Source: Perkinsus chesapeaki ATCC PRA-425 (taxonomy: Eukaryota > Protista > Perkinsozoa). Taken from it: a DNA stretch of 36,731 nt. Below, piece by piece: positions 11,168-22,675 of the stretch. The stretch's first letter is position 1, and every line of letters begins with the position of its first letter. The translations under genes were made by a program, and so were the position numbers. The stretch covers positions 1 to 36,731 of the forward strand of contig JAAPAO010000360.1 in the NCBI GenBank assembly GCA_013115145.1. Reading direction: 5' to 3'. The notes beneath the pieces are model-generated. The model did not search any database. It saw only the letters and a program-made list of their open reading frames with translations, and was not told where the DNA came from.

Positions 11168-13750
11168 ATGTCCGCATCATCATTGTTTCGAAAGTCCATA
11201 TCAAGATTCCGCAGTATCATTGCAATCAACCTATTATGTATCTTTTACTGTACATTATACTGTATCGTCGGTCCGGCTATGATACTGCTAAACGCTCACA
11301 TCTTCACCAAAACTGATTTTGCCTTCCCCATCAGCGTCTCAAGCTTCGGAATGCTTGCATGTGTCTTCATAACTCGCCTTATCGTTGCCACAGGTGAGTT
11401 TAATTACAGAAAACTTTACGGAATTAATGGAAGATATAACTAATCAATACAATACTAACAGGAATGAATTTACGATTGATATAATAAGTTCAAAGCTAAC
11501 TTCATACCTACGTAAAAGTCATAGTTTTCACAAAAATGGTACAAGTCACGCAACAGTGAAAACTGACGAGATTTTTTTTCTCTTCATTTCGACAAACCTC
11601 GCCATTTCGACCATTTCTCCTGTTTTAAAGATTCTTCTCCTTTTCTCGATTTCACTACAGTGGGTGTGTTTCTCATTTCTGGAAGATCTAAAAATCGAGC
11701 GAAATTTTGAGGGAGACATTCATCAACCTCAAAGATATACACTCCTGAAATTTGGATCCAAAATATGTTTCAAACCAAAAAGCAACATAAACCTCACGGC
11801 TCCGTCTGGTGTAACTCTTGAGGTATAACACTTGCCAGGTATAATAGTACCGAATACAAAGCCCACGAAGGCATACTGGTTCACGCGTTTGCTGCCATTG
11901 GGCCTCAATGCAGCGATTACTATATGTGCTGGAAATATGGTTTATAAATACTTATCGGTGTCATTCACACAAATGTTGAAAGCTCAAAGCCCATTATACA
12001 TTTTAATGGTTATGATAATCTTCAGGGTGCGGGTAAGATACGATTACCTTCGTTGTCGACTCAGAGGAATCTTTCGAGGAGTAAATTCCTATTGTTCAAC
12101 AAGAATTTCTCAAAAACTTAAATTTTCTCATCTCGCCATCAATGTTGCCGAATTTTTTCTTTTCAAGCATTTCTTGGCGAAATTGTCGCCGCCATTAAAC
12201 ATTTTCAAAATTGATGAGCGAGCTGGATGAATGCTACAAAGGGCTTTGGTGAAATGGAACAAACATTTCGAGACGGGAGGGAAATTTGAAAAAAAACTTA
12301 GATTTTTCGTAAATATACATCGTTATCGTTACATTCGATATTCTAATGTGACCAAAACCATCCTGACAAGAGGAGGCCGTTTTCACGGAATGATCCCTGA
12401 GTGTCTTACGCACTGAAAATGCTCGAGGACCATTTTAGGATACTTTTCATGTTACTAGCTCGAGAGTGTAAATTATTCGGGCGGCAGTGAAACGTATGCA
12501 TGCTCATCACCCTTCGACATGCTCAGTTGAGCAATATCATTTTGCCGCTGGGGCGCTCAACTAGGAGACCAGCGCGGCCGGGAGACACACAAATCCTGTC
12601 CGTGTCAACACACGGCAACTCGCGTGTGGTGGATTGTGAAAACGTGATTTCCCGAAACTTCAAAGAATCTTCAATTTCAATATAAAGCTTTTTTCAGATG
12701 CCTTCATGCCGTTCAATAACATCCGTTGTGATTATAACAATTGGAACTTGCATTGCCTCAATCGGCGAAATCAGATTCTCCTGGATTGGGTTTTCCCTGC
12801 AAACTTTAGCGGGGCTCACGGAGGCCATCAAACTCGTTTTATTGCAGACGTCTATGGCAGGTGAGCCAGCAGAAAAATTCAAAATTTTACGGAAAACTTC
12901 AAAATTTTCCGGAAAATTCAGAAATTGTGCTCAAAAAATTAAATTTGTCTGACTTCCACCTCTATTACATGCAAAATCAGTTTTAGCGCGGAGATATGTT
13001 CAAAAGATTGAACATGAAACTGGTTCGCAGAAAAAAAAGGTTCCTCGTAGAAGAGCGAACAGCTTGCGGAAACATCTCTCCATCAGCGCTTCGAAGGTCG
13101 GGAAGTACCCTAGATTTGCGAAGATGCAATAGAAAATACGTTACCAGAGAAGATGCATGCCTCAAATGGGATCCTTCTAGGCCTAGCACTTTTCTATTGC
13201 TCTCTACAGATCTACAGAGAGTACTGAGAGACCAGATCTGGTCAGTCTATGACTGTTGATATTTTTTTCAGATGATAATCTCTCCCCGTTCGAGTCGCTC
13301 CTCTTCATGTCGACTACAACCGGGCTCTGCCAAGCAGTTTTTGCCGTCGCTTTCGAGCCGACTGCATTGCCGTCACTCGTCGATCAACCGACTTCAACAT
13401 TGCTTTTGCTACTCGGTAAGGGACTTAAGCTTCCGAACTTTTCATAATATTATTTTTCCACAGCCTCGAGTGTTCTGGGTGCCATTGTGAATCTCCTAAC
13501 CCTCCAAGTCATCAACTACACTTCGGGGCTGGCCTTGAAGCTTCTGGGGGTTTTCCGCAACAATCTGCCTGTTGTACTCTCGACATTATTCTTGCACGAA
13601 GAAATTTCGCTTGTGCAGTTTTTTGGTTATATAACAAGCGTTGTCGGTTTTCTCTGGTACACTCATCTACAATCGTATCCGACCTCACCGGTTGAGGTCG
13701 AGCCTGATGATGATAAGGCGATCGAGCTGGAGGAAGGTCGCGCGGAATAG
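11168..13750 (+). CDS. Triose/sugar-phosphate translocator (TPT/SLC35-type), multi-exon
   Basis: ILLNAHIFTKTDFAFPISVSSFGM; LLPLGLNAAITICAGNMVYKYLSVSFTQMLKAQSP; IASIGEIRFSWIGF; LSPFESLLFMS; VINYTSGLALKLLGVFRN. These are typical TPT-family motifs in phase-consistent exons. Confidence 0.9.
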
Positions 13751-14105
13751 TCGACATCGTCGGCTTCACGTTCACGACCATTACAATGTACACACGATTT
13801 TTTTCACCTTGCGGCGATGTTGAGTTTGTAAATTTTGAGGGTCTGAAGGCATAGAAGGGAACTTAATCACTTCTAGAAGAGATACACTTGATGTCTCTCA
13901 TTTCACTAGGGGCTTTTTAATAGCAATTTCCTACTACGGAAGAGTAACTGATGAAAGCGTCGGGGGACACTCTGCCGTGGGTGGCTCTCTGGAGGGGACA
14001 GATGAACACAACAATAATAATCTTTTATTCTCGCAGAAACGCAGTTTTTAATTCACCATTTCCAGAACGATCGCATTTTGGATAGAAGAGAGTTATTCTT
14101 TGTTA

Positions 14106-16368
14106 ATGTGTGTCGAGAAGTCTAAACCGACAGCGAAAGCAAAAGGAAAGGCCAAAAAGTGAAACGCATAAAAGAGCGAAATAACGATTAAGTCAGGAAA
14201 GCCGCCGCGGCCGCGGGAAAAACTAAAGCTGGTGTTGACGCGCCGAGTAAACTGCAAGGGAGGGAAGCTGAGGAAAAAATAGCAAAGTAAATAATTATAG
14301 CCAATCGAACATTTATCTGTCCATATACTATCAGCACGGCCGCTTTATTTATGCAATAGTGAAATGTGTCTTTGTCAGAAATTCTACGGTACATGTACTT
14401 TGCAGATGTGTGTCTGAAGTTTCGTGGTGGCAAGACCTTTGTCAAGTCGTGCTTTGAGACAAAAGCACGGAAATTCAGGTTCCACAGCTTTTAATATACA
14501 ATCTTAATCATACAGCATTTTTAGATCATTCTCAATCCCATCACGATTATTAACATAGTTTTAGCAATACTGAGCTATTACACACACTTTTATCTGTCCT
14601 TAAGAGCAGCGGAAATGTTTCGCAGAACTCTACAGATTTAGGAGGAGAATATTTTCACGTTCTACACTTGGACGTGTCGTCTGGCTGAATGGCTATTCCA
14701 GCATTCAGTGTGGGAAAATGTGCACGTGGCTGCCTCCATCTGTATTCGAGCTTGAGAAGAATTTGAGGAAAATATGGAAAATACCGAGCAGCCAAAAACG
14801 CGATTCTTGACCATAATTCCCGTATAAAACGGTGATGAAATCCAGCTCACAAGTCATACCCATCGGTTGAGGAAGCCGAACAGATATTCCCACACTGCCA
14901 GCATTGCTGACAAGGTACATGAAAGAGCAAAACCGCCCCTACAGCGCACAGAACGTTTTCGATAACCTCCACGGTATCGTGCCGAAAGCTCAAGTACAAA
15001 ATCTGATGGAAAAACTGTCAAAACAGGATGAGAATCCACCGTTGGTCATGAAAGAGTACTGAAATACTTTCACTGCGCCACGAAATTATTTTTCTAGGTA
15101 TGGTGCACAGAAGGTATTCCTGTGCAATCAGAATCTTTTTGGGGATTGCTCGACTGAGAGTGTATTGAAGCTGGGTGGCGAGGTAGCTGACATCGAGAAG
15201 ACTTTGCCCACCTTGCGGACAGAACTGAGCAAAAGTGAGGCATATTCCTTTGTGCTGTAGTGTTTGAATGGCCTAGTAGGATATCCATAATTGGTATTAC
15301 CAAGGAAGTATAAGCCAGATGAAACCATTGAAGAGTTCGCAAGGCTCGGGAAAAAATGATGTCGAATCTCGAAATTGAATTTTAGTCGGGGCCGGATTTG
15401 ATTCACCATTACGTTTCTGTGATAGGGGGAAACTCGGAACGAAGTTGGCCTAAGTGCTAGGAAAGATCATCTACTTCCCTCTCTCTATTCCTGAATATTT
15501 TCAAAATGATCGAAAGTACGCGTCTTTACTGTAGAAGTGAGATTCAAAAATTAGTGGTCATTAAGATTGGGGCAATGAGATCTTCCGGAGACTTTTATTT
15601 TACTCTTCAATCATCTTTATCTAGCACAGATGGTTCAGTAGTGATTATTTCACAGAGATAAGTCATCGTTCTTGTTTCCTAGTCTCCTCTGAGATATCTC
15701 ATCTGCGCAGTCAAAGCGAGCTCGAAGGCAAAGTCGAAGCCAACCGGAAACGAGTAGGCGACATGTCGATGCTCTTAATAACCAAGTCGACAGGTTCGAG
15801 AGCTCGAGACTAGGATTGAGGCTATCCAGAAGGAAAGGCTGAAAGCTGGTGATGCAGGCCTGGAGGAAAAGCTTGAAGAAGCTCGATTGAAGTGAGACCG
15901 AATAAAATACTGATTGGGTTGCCCGAGCCTCCTACTTGGGGAACGCTACTCACATGTGCCTTGCGATTTAGTGATGCGGTCGATTTGACAAGTCGATTCT
16001 AGAACTGCTTTAGATGTAAAATTCTGAAATCGGTTGTGAGCAATTCGGGTATTGCAAAATTCAGAAGGCAGCTTTAGAAAAAAGATATTTTTGGAGCTGG
16101 CCGATGAAGCAATTAACCGAACGCAAGTTGCAGTTGAAAACTCTGTTGTTTCTTCAACGTACTGATTTACCGAGTCTCATTTGTAATGCTCTCAGGTTCG
16201 GTGATCTCCACGAAACTGTGGCCAAACGCCGAAAACTGGTAAGGACTCGTTCTGTGCGGTGGCGGCGGTAAGCGTTTTTAGTGTATTTCAATTGTGTCGA
16301 GGATTGGCGAGATGATGAGTCTCTCGAACGAAGATGTATTTAACGAACTTGGTCTCGATAATGAATGA
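14106..16368 (+). CDS. HOP2: Meiotic homologous-pairing protein Hop2 (TBPIP/PSMC3IP family)
   Basis: Spliced EAEEKIAK|YMKEQNRPYSAQNVFDNLHGIVPKAQVQNLMEKL...MKE|YGAQKVFLCNQ matches the Hop2 winged helix (Y..EQNRPYS; YGKQK.Y..NQ). Followed by coiled-coil exons and C-terminal AKRRKL...EDVFNELGLDNE*. Start codon tentative. Confidence 0.88.
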
Positions 16369-16514
16369 TCTCATTGGTGTTATCATTTTTATAGCATGCA
16401 ATATAATTTCTCCATTTCGTATGATTTGACTTATCAACAAAGTGGGTAACCGAGAACCGCCGCGTTATCCGTTATTCTTTGTACCACTTAGTCCTAGACT
16501 TAAGATTCAATTCG

Positions 16515-17039
16515 ATGTTCCCGCAAGTGACACCTTTCTTCACTCCTTTACCAACGCAACAGCCTTTACTTAATACTTGGAAACCAACAATACCGAACAC
16601 GAGGCACCCATCGGTTATACTCTCCCAGCCAACTAAACCGAGTACACCTCAGCAAGAGCCGGTTGTTGCCGTTAAGAACGAGACGAGAAAAAGTCACATT
16701 GAGGAATTGAATGTGAAAAGGGAAAGCGCGATAATGAGCAGCCGGAGCAAAGTCGGGATGTCTGAAGTCCCACGTCGGAGCTTTTTGGGCCACGACCACT
16801 TATTCAAGTACAGGCAGAGAAGTGGAGGGAGCGAGATGTCGGGTGACCTGGTGAGCATCGAAGATGTTGAAGAGCTCCGCAAGAAGGCCACATCGCTACG
16901 CTACAGGGTGGCAAAGTTGAAGCTGGAGAAGGAGAGGGACGAACGGATTATCGGCAATTTACTCGACTTCTTGATGAGCTTTCGAGACGGTAAACTTCTG
17001 GTTGAGCAGCTCCGTTTTGAGAACCGCATTGCGTGTTAA
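16515..17039 (+). CDS. Intronless hypothetical protein with P/T/Q-rich N-terminus and C-terminal coiled coil
   Basis: Open frame of ~174 aa from the ATG at 16515. IEDVEELRKKATSLRYRVAKLKLEKERDERII has heptad character. Confidence 0.55.
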   Translation: MFPQVTPFFTPLPTQQPLLNTWKPTIPNTRHPSVILSQPTKPSTPQQEPVVAVKNETRKSHIEELNVKRESAIMSSRSKVGMSEVPRRSFLGHDHLFKYRQRSGGSEMSGDLVSIEDVEELRKKATSLRYRVAKLKLEKERDERIIGNLLDFLMSFRDGKLLVEQLRFENRIAC

Positions 17040-17631
17040 GGATAATGTTGTCAGTTTGTAAATTAGTTGAGTTATTATATCAACCTTAAATAACGTGGTC
17101 AACGCAAATACATTATGCACGGTGCGATCAATACAACCACCGCGTATTTCTATAAGCCGACGAGTAAGGAAAAAAACAACTCGGACAATGTGTTTGAGGC
17201 CCTCAGAGCCGACCGTTCCCGAATACACCGATGGTATTCCTCATCGTAGATAAAACACTGCCTTGCAACAGCTCCGTTGAACGCAGCTTCCTGTCGTTTA
17301 GAGTCCTATATAACAAACAAGAGTTGGAGGGCAAGAAGTGAAACGAATTGCTAGGAGGTGCAAGTTTGCAAGAGGCAGTGCATCTTGGGTGGTGCGGTCT
17401 AGCTCAGGTGTTGTGCTATGCGAGCTAACTGTTATTACATGTACTTGTACAGTTGTTGTTCTATAATCTTGATTGATGATTTTTTTCTCAATCATGCCGT
17501 GGTTTTGCTGGTCACTCGGTTCGCAGACCCTTTGTCACGCTGTGACCTCGCCTGTGACGCTTGGATCTGCAGCTCCCTAATTATCGGTTAGCTTAGTCGA
17601 TTTTCTGGTGCTCGATGTGCAGTTTGTAAGT

Positions 17632-17816
17632 TACGTCGTGACTTCGTTACGCAACGCTCGATTCGCTGTATCTCGGTTACGCTGCGACTGCGTTTGTTGC
17701 GCGATGCTTGATTTGCAGATTCTAGCCATGCTGTGACTGCGTTTGTTATGTGATGGTCGATTTGCCGACTCCAGTCGTGCTGTGACTGCGCTTGTTATGC
17801 GATGCTTGATTTGCAT
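17632..17816. repeat. 49-bp imperfect tandem repeat (3-4 units), followed by a 14-bp duplication ggttcctttaatat
   Basis: gctg[ct]gactgcg.ttgtt starts at 17681, 17730 and 17779. Confidence 0.78.
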
Positions 17817-17949
17817 CGCGGTTCCTTTAATATGGTTCCTTTAATATGTAAGTTGTCAAGTTGCTAATTTCTCAGCTCCTGTTTGGGGGTGTAGCCGCTT
17901 CGTTGGTTTCCTCGGCAGTTACTTAGAAATTCGAACATGACGAGTCGCC

Positions 17950-19150
17950 ATCAGTGAGTTGATGCGGCTTGGTTGAAGTCGGTCGCAGAGCCGTTACCTG
18001 ACGCAGTGTGGGCGATGTTACTTGGTAGCCGCTCGCAGATGCGGCATGGTTGATGCTACCTGGTAGCCGCTTGCAGATGCGGCGTGGTCTACGATACTTG
18101 GTAGCCGCTCGCAGATGCGGTCTAGCTGATGTTACCTGGCAGCCGCTTGCAGATGCGGCTTGGTCTATGATACTTGGTAGCCGCTCGCAGATGCGGTCTA
18201 GCTGATGTTACCTGGTAGCCGCTCGCAGATGCGGCCTGGCTGATGTTACCTGGTAGCCGCTTGCAGATGCGGTCTAGCTGATGTTACCTGGCAGCCGATT
18301 GCAGATGCGGCTTGGTCTATGATACTTGGTAGCCGCTCGCAGCTGCGGTCTAGCTGATGTTACCTGGTAGCCGATTGCAGATGCAGCTTGGTCTATGACA
18401 CTTGGTAGCCGCTTGCAGATGGGGTCTAGCTGATGTTACCTGGTAGCCGCTTGCAGATGCGGCTTGGTCTATGATACTTGGTAGCCGCTCGCAGATGCGG
18501 CCTGGCTGATGTTACCTGGTAGCCGCTTGTAGATGCGGTCTAGCTGATGTTACCTGGTAGCCGCTTGCAGATGCGGCTTGGTCTACGATACCTGGCAGCC
18601 GCTTGCAGATGCGGTCTGGCTTATGTTACCTGGATGCCGCTTGCAGATGTGGAGCGGTCCATGAAACTGGGTAGCCGCACGCAGATGCGGGGTGGTTGAT
18701 GTTACTCGGTAGCCGCACGCAGATGCGGGGTGGTTGATGTTACTCGGTAGCCGCTCGCAGATGCGGTCTGGCTGATGTTACCTGGTAGCCGCTCACAGAT
18801 CCGGCAAGATTGAGGTTGCTTGGCAGCCGCTACTAGCGGCCCGCTACCTGCTGCGGCTTGGTTGACGATACATTGTGAGCCGCTCGCTGATGCGGACTGG
18901 CTGATGTTACTAGGTGGGCGGCCCACCGTGGGCCGTTTGCAGATGCGGCGTGGTTGATGTTACTTGATGAGCCGCTTGCTGATGCGGTTTGGCTGATGTT
19001 ACTCGGTAGCCGCGCGCGAATGCGGCATGGTTGATGTCACTTGGTAGCCGATCGCACATGCAGCGTGGATGATGTTACTTGGTGTTACTTGGTAGACGCT
19101 CGCAGATGCGGCGAGGTTGATGTTAGTTGGTAGCTGCTCGCCGATGCGGA
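17950..19150. repeat. 38-bp GC-rich minisatellite, about 30 units, degenerate at both edges
   Basis: The g[tc]agccgct[ct]gcagatgcgg core recurs at 18025, 18063, 18101, 18139 and onward. Units end in tctagctgatgttacct or cttggtctatgatactt. Confidence 0.95.
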
Positions 19151-19947
19151 TGCGCTAGTGCTATTTGGCGAGCCACCAGTAGAGCCGCTGTATGGATCGG
19201 TTAATGGTACGTGTTGAACGGTCTATTCATTTGAATAACGAATAAAAGAGGTACATGGTACGGTGGTATGAGTCACAACGACTTCCCCCTTGGACCATAA
19301 CCTACCCGTGATCCGGTTTGGGAGAATTGTGGATCTGCTCATCTGTGCAAGCCACCATGTCGGTGTGTGGCTGGCATATCTTGCCCACAGATTTTTACGA
19401 TCTCCCAGATCACGGATTGTTTCATAGCCCAAGGGCGGGTGCTGTCGAGCTTGACAGAGTTGGGTGGGATACTGTGTATGTGTATCAGAACTGCAGAAGG
19501 AAACTTGCAGAGAATAATACATAATAAGAACGTTTAACACACCAGACAAGGAACATGACGTCCGTTACAAGCGTGATGCCTTAACTAGAGCACTAGAACA
19601 GGTGGACAACAGCACTAACTAACAGCACAAGAGGTGGCTTGGGTTTCTAAACCATGTCAAAAGCCGTACAGCGTTCGATTCAGCGCTTAAGCTACTTTCG
19701 TATCAGAAAGACTCACCACCCTTCGTTTTTATTTGATAAATCCTCGGGATCCGTCTCATTTCTGACCTCGCTGTAGTTATGTTGGTGAACATGCTCACGC
19801 GTTCGAATTGTCTCACATTCCCTCCCGGAACACTGCAGCGCGCTAAAACAACTCCGGCATAACCCACCCAATTTAATATATTGAATTCATTTAGCTCGAC
19901 CCAGCCGCTCCTCCAGAGGTTGTTTCACTTCTACATGTCTATCACTT

Positions 19948-20735
19948 ATGGCCTGGTTGCTCTTCGCCACCATTCTGGCTTCGTGTGCCGCTGACCCTGA
20001 GAGCTTGCTCACCAATTTTGAAGCCAAGTGCGATGTTGACATTCCAGCGTTGGAATTATTCTATTGGTACATTCGTCAGGTTTAGTCTAGACTTTGGCGA
20101 GGCTGATTCCCACAGGAAGGCCATCTTTTTGGAGAACGTGAGGTACATTAACGAGGTTAATGCCAAAAGTGGGTATAATTATGGCCTTTCGAACGCATGA
20201 GGGTTAGTAAATCGCATCTCATCAACTTGTATGAGTTGTTAGTGTATCCGTGTCCATCAGACCTATCATATGGACTCGGTATCAACAGTTTTACTCATCT
20301 CACCAATGAAGAGTTTAGAGACATGATGAATATAACAGGTTTCAATCAGCCTCATACTCCGGGGCTTCGATCCTGTACAACAGTGTTACCTCACCTTGCT
20401 ACGAAATACTCTAAGATTCTACCTCAAGTCTGAGTGTCTTGAAGTTCAGTGGAAATCCTGAGAACCTGCCGGGACCAAAAACTCCAACAACGATGTCCCG
20501 TAAGTATTAGTGCTAACGAGAATGGCCAGAGATCACTCAGTGGTCATCACTGTAGTCATTTTATTGTCATCAACTCTCAGGGTGATGACTGGGGAGACAA
20601 AGGATATTCAAGAATCGCAATTGAAGACCCAAAAGAAGATAACATGCTTTACATGCTTTCAGCGAGACTGAGCAGTTAATCGACTTAGGTATATGTGGCA
20701 TCTTGAAGAATTCCAGTTATCCCATCAAGAAATGA
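19948..20735 (+). pseudogene. Cathepsin L paralogue with intact signal peptide and prodomain but an internal deletion of the catalytic core
   Basis: MAWLLFATILASCAADPESLLTNFEAK|FSLDFGEADSHRKAIFLENVRYINEVNAK|NLSYGLGINSFTHLTNEEFRDMM...|...NPENLP joins directly to exon-8 sequence (ccaaaaactcc). No DWR or CGSCWAF is present. Could be a functional truncated gene (see findings). Confidence 0.85.
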
Positions 20736-20988
20736 ATTTAAGACCTTTAAGAATTATCGTGCCATAACCTTGCGGTGAAACTCCACAGTAGCACTCCTCG
20801 AAATGTAGTCGCTATTTCGCGCTTGATGTAACACTTTAACCAAACGAGCCAGTTGGCGCAAAACAAACTCTAAAATAGGACAGACGCGCAAGAGCATGGA
20901 CTGCAGCGACCTAAGGCTCATCATTCAGCATGAATCTTTCTAATTAATCCTCGCTCGCCCATTAACACAATCGCACATCAGCTACACA

Positions 20989-21956
20989 CAATGGAGTTTC
21001 ACCCGCGTTATGTAAAATGCCAGTGTAAAAACATAACGCATAACACAACGCGTTTTGTCGCTAAGTAGCGCACATAACGCGATCAACGCGAGATTCGTTT
21101 TACTCACGCGTAGCTATACCACTTCAGGTGTTATTGTGGCCCAAACTTTGTTCCCACAAAGTTTGTGCCACAAACTTTGTGGGAAGTCGCGTACGTGCCG
21201 ACCTGAACTAGGTACTCCACCAGTTGAGCTCAAGTTTGAGTAGAAAAAAACTAAAAAAGGGATTCGTGACATGCTGAAACTACTAATAGCTATCAGACTA
21301 GAGCTTCTACCTGGCTGCATGTGAAGGAAATGGATATTAGCTAGTATACGACAAGACAGGTCTGGGAGCTCAATTCCCCCTTCGACGGCATTACCGGTGT
21401 CAAAGAAGTTGATAGTTTCAAGATTTTCCGTGAGTGTCTTGTAGTACTATTGTCGCCGTTCCAGGTTTGTACTTGTAGATTACTAGTAGTAGTACTCTAC
21501 TGCTAGCATCCTGTTTTCACCTATGTATAACGCGTTATATAGCGTTAAGCTCATATGTGTTCTGAGAAACGCGTTTTACTCGCGCTTTGACGCGTAAAAC
21601 GTGATATAACGCGTCATGGAGGTGTAAAACGCCTTATTAAGTTTTACGCTGGCGTCATTACGCGATGTGTTATTGTGATAGTAAACAAGGATTGAACCCA
21701 TAACCGACTTTCTGGGATGAAAATAAGCTGTGTTTAGTGGTTAATAAGAGTGAAAGTATTACAGTGGGAAGCTACTTGTCGAAGTAGCTTATTCAGAGTA
21801 AGCCTTTCACTTCTCGCATAATCGCAATGCGTTGTGTGACGTGTTGTGTAGCACACGTTTTTCGCGTTTTTGCGTTAAAAAGCACTCGTTTCGCGAGGCG
21901 TTATGCGTTATGTGTTTTACACTGGTGGTTTTCACAACACGGGTACAACTCCATAG
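20989..21956. mobile_element. Non-autonomous Tc1/mariner-type MITE-like element with imperfect terminal inverted repeats
   Basis: Left end caatggagtttcacccgcgttatgtaaaatgccagtgtaaaaacataacgcataac is the approximate reverse complement of 21896-21956, which is followed by TA. Further TA-flanked ends lie at 20774-20788 and 22211-22225. No transposase ORF seen. Confidence 0.6.
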
Positions 21957-22384
21957 TACCCTCAGGGTGCTATGTAGAGGTTGTCGCCCTGCCGTATTCG
22001 GGAGTACTAGGAACATTTCACTTGCGGCGTTGTGAAAAACGCGTTTTACACTTCGCAATATGCGAAAACGCGCTACAACACGCTATGGGGAAGTCTTTCC
22101 CGCGTTATCGCGGTTTCCGCTCGTGTTCCAACACGGAATGGTTTTTGACCGTAACATGTCGCGTTTTTCGCGAAAATCACTTCGCGTGAACCAGGTTTTC
22201 ACCTAAACCAGGTGAAACTCGACTGTATGTGTATTATACACAGTGTATAGACTGTGTATGATACAGACTACAATCTAATACTGTACGATTATCGTACCAT
22301 GATATGAAAGTGTAAGGAGTGCCAAGAGATGATATATCACTGTAAGGAAAGCAAGTTGCTGTGCTCAACTCACCACTAACCTTA

Positions 22385-22675
22385 CGGTACATCCTTAGAC
22401 CACGGTGTTCTTGCAGTGGGATACAGCAAGACTCAAAACTCCAAGGATGTCCCGTAAGAAACATGATAACGAGTATGGCCTGTAGGATCACTGTAGGTAT
22501 TTTATTGTCAAGAACTCATGGGGTGCTAACTGGGGGGAAGACGGTTACGTGAGAATCGCGATTGATGGCCCAGAAGAAGGTAACACGTTCCTAACACTTC
22601 CCTCAGACTAAGTCGTTAATCGATTCAGGCATCTGTGGCGTCTTGAAGGCACCCAGTTTCCCCGTGAAGCAATAA
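22385..22675 (+). pseudogene. Cathepsin L 3' fragment (exons 8-10 only)
   Basis: GTSLDHGVLAVGYSKTQNSKDVP|[27 protein letters not shown]|GICGVLKAPSFPVKQ*. Upstream exons are absent and MITE-like and low-complexity DNA lies in their place. Confidence 0.88.

Noticed and set aside
18702-18926. ORF within the minisatellite
   Set aside because: The 38-bp unit is not a multiple of 3 and contains stops, so this is a chance open frame at the degenerate edge.
18025-19150. CRISPR-like appearance (palindromic constant core plus variable part)
   Set aside because: The variable parts are only ~18 nt and are reiterated variants of each other, not unique spacers. The context is eukaryotic and no cas genes are present.
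19290-19540. Cys-rich frame WENCGSAHLCKPPCRC resembling a gag zinc knuckle
   Set aside because: Spacing does not fit CX2CX4HX4C, there is an upstream stop, and there is no other retroelement evidence.
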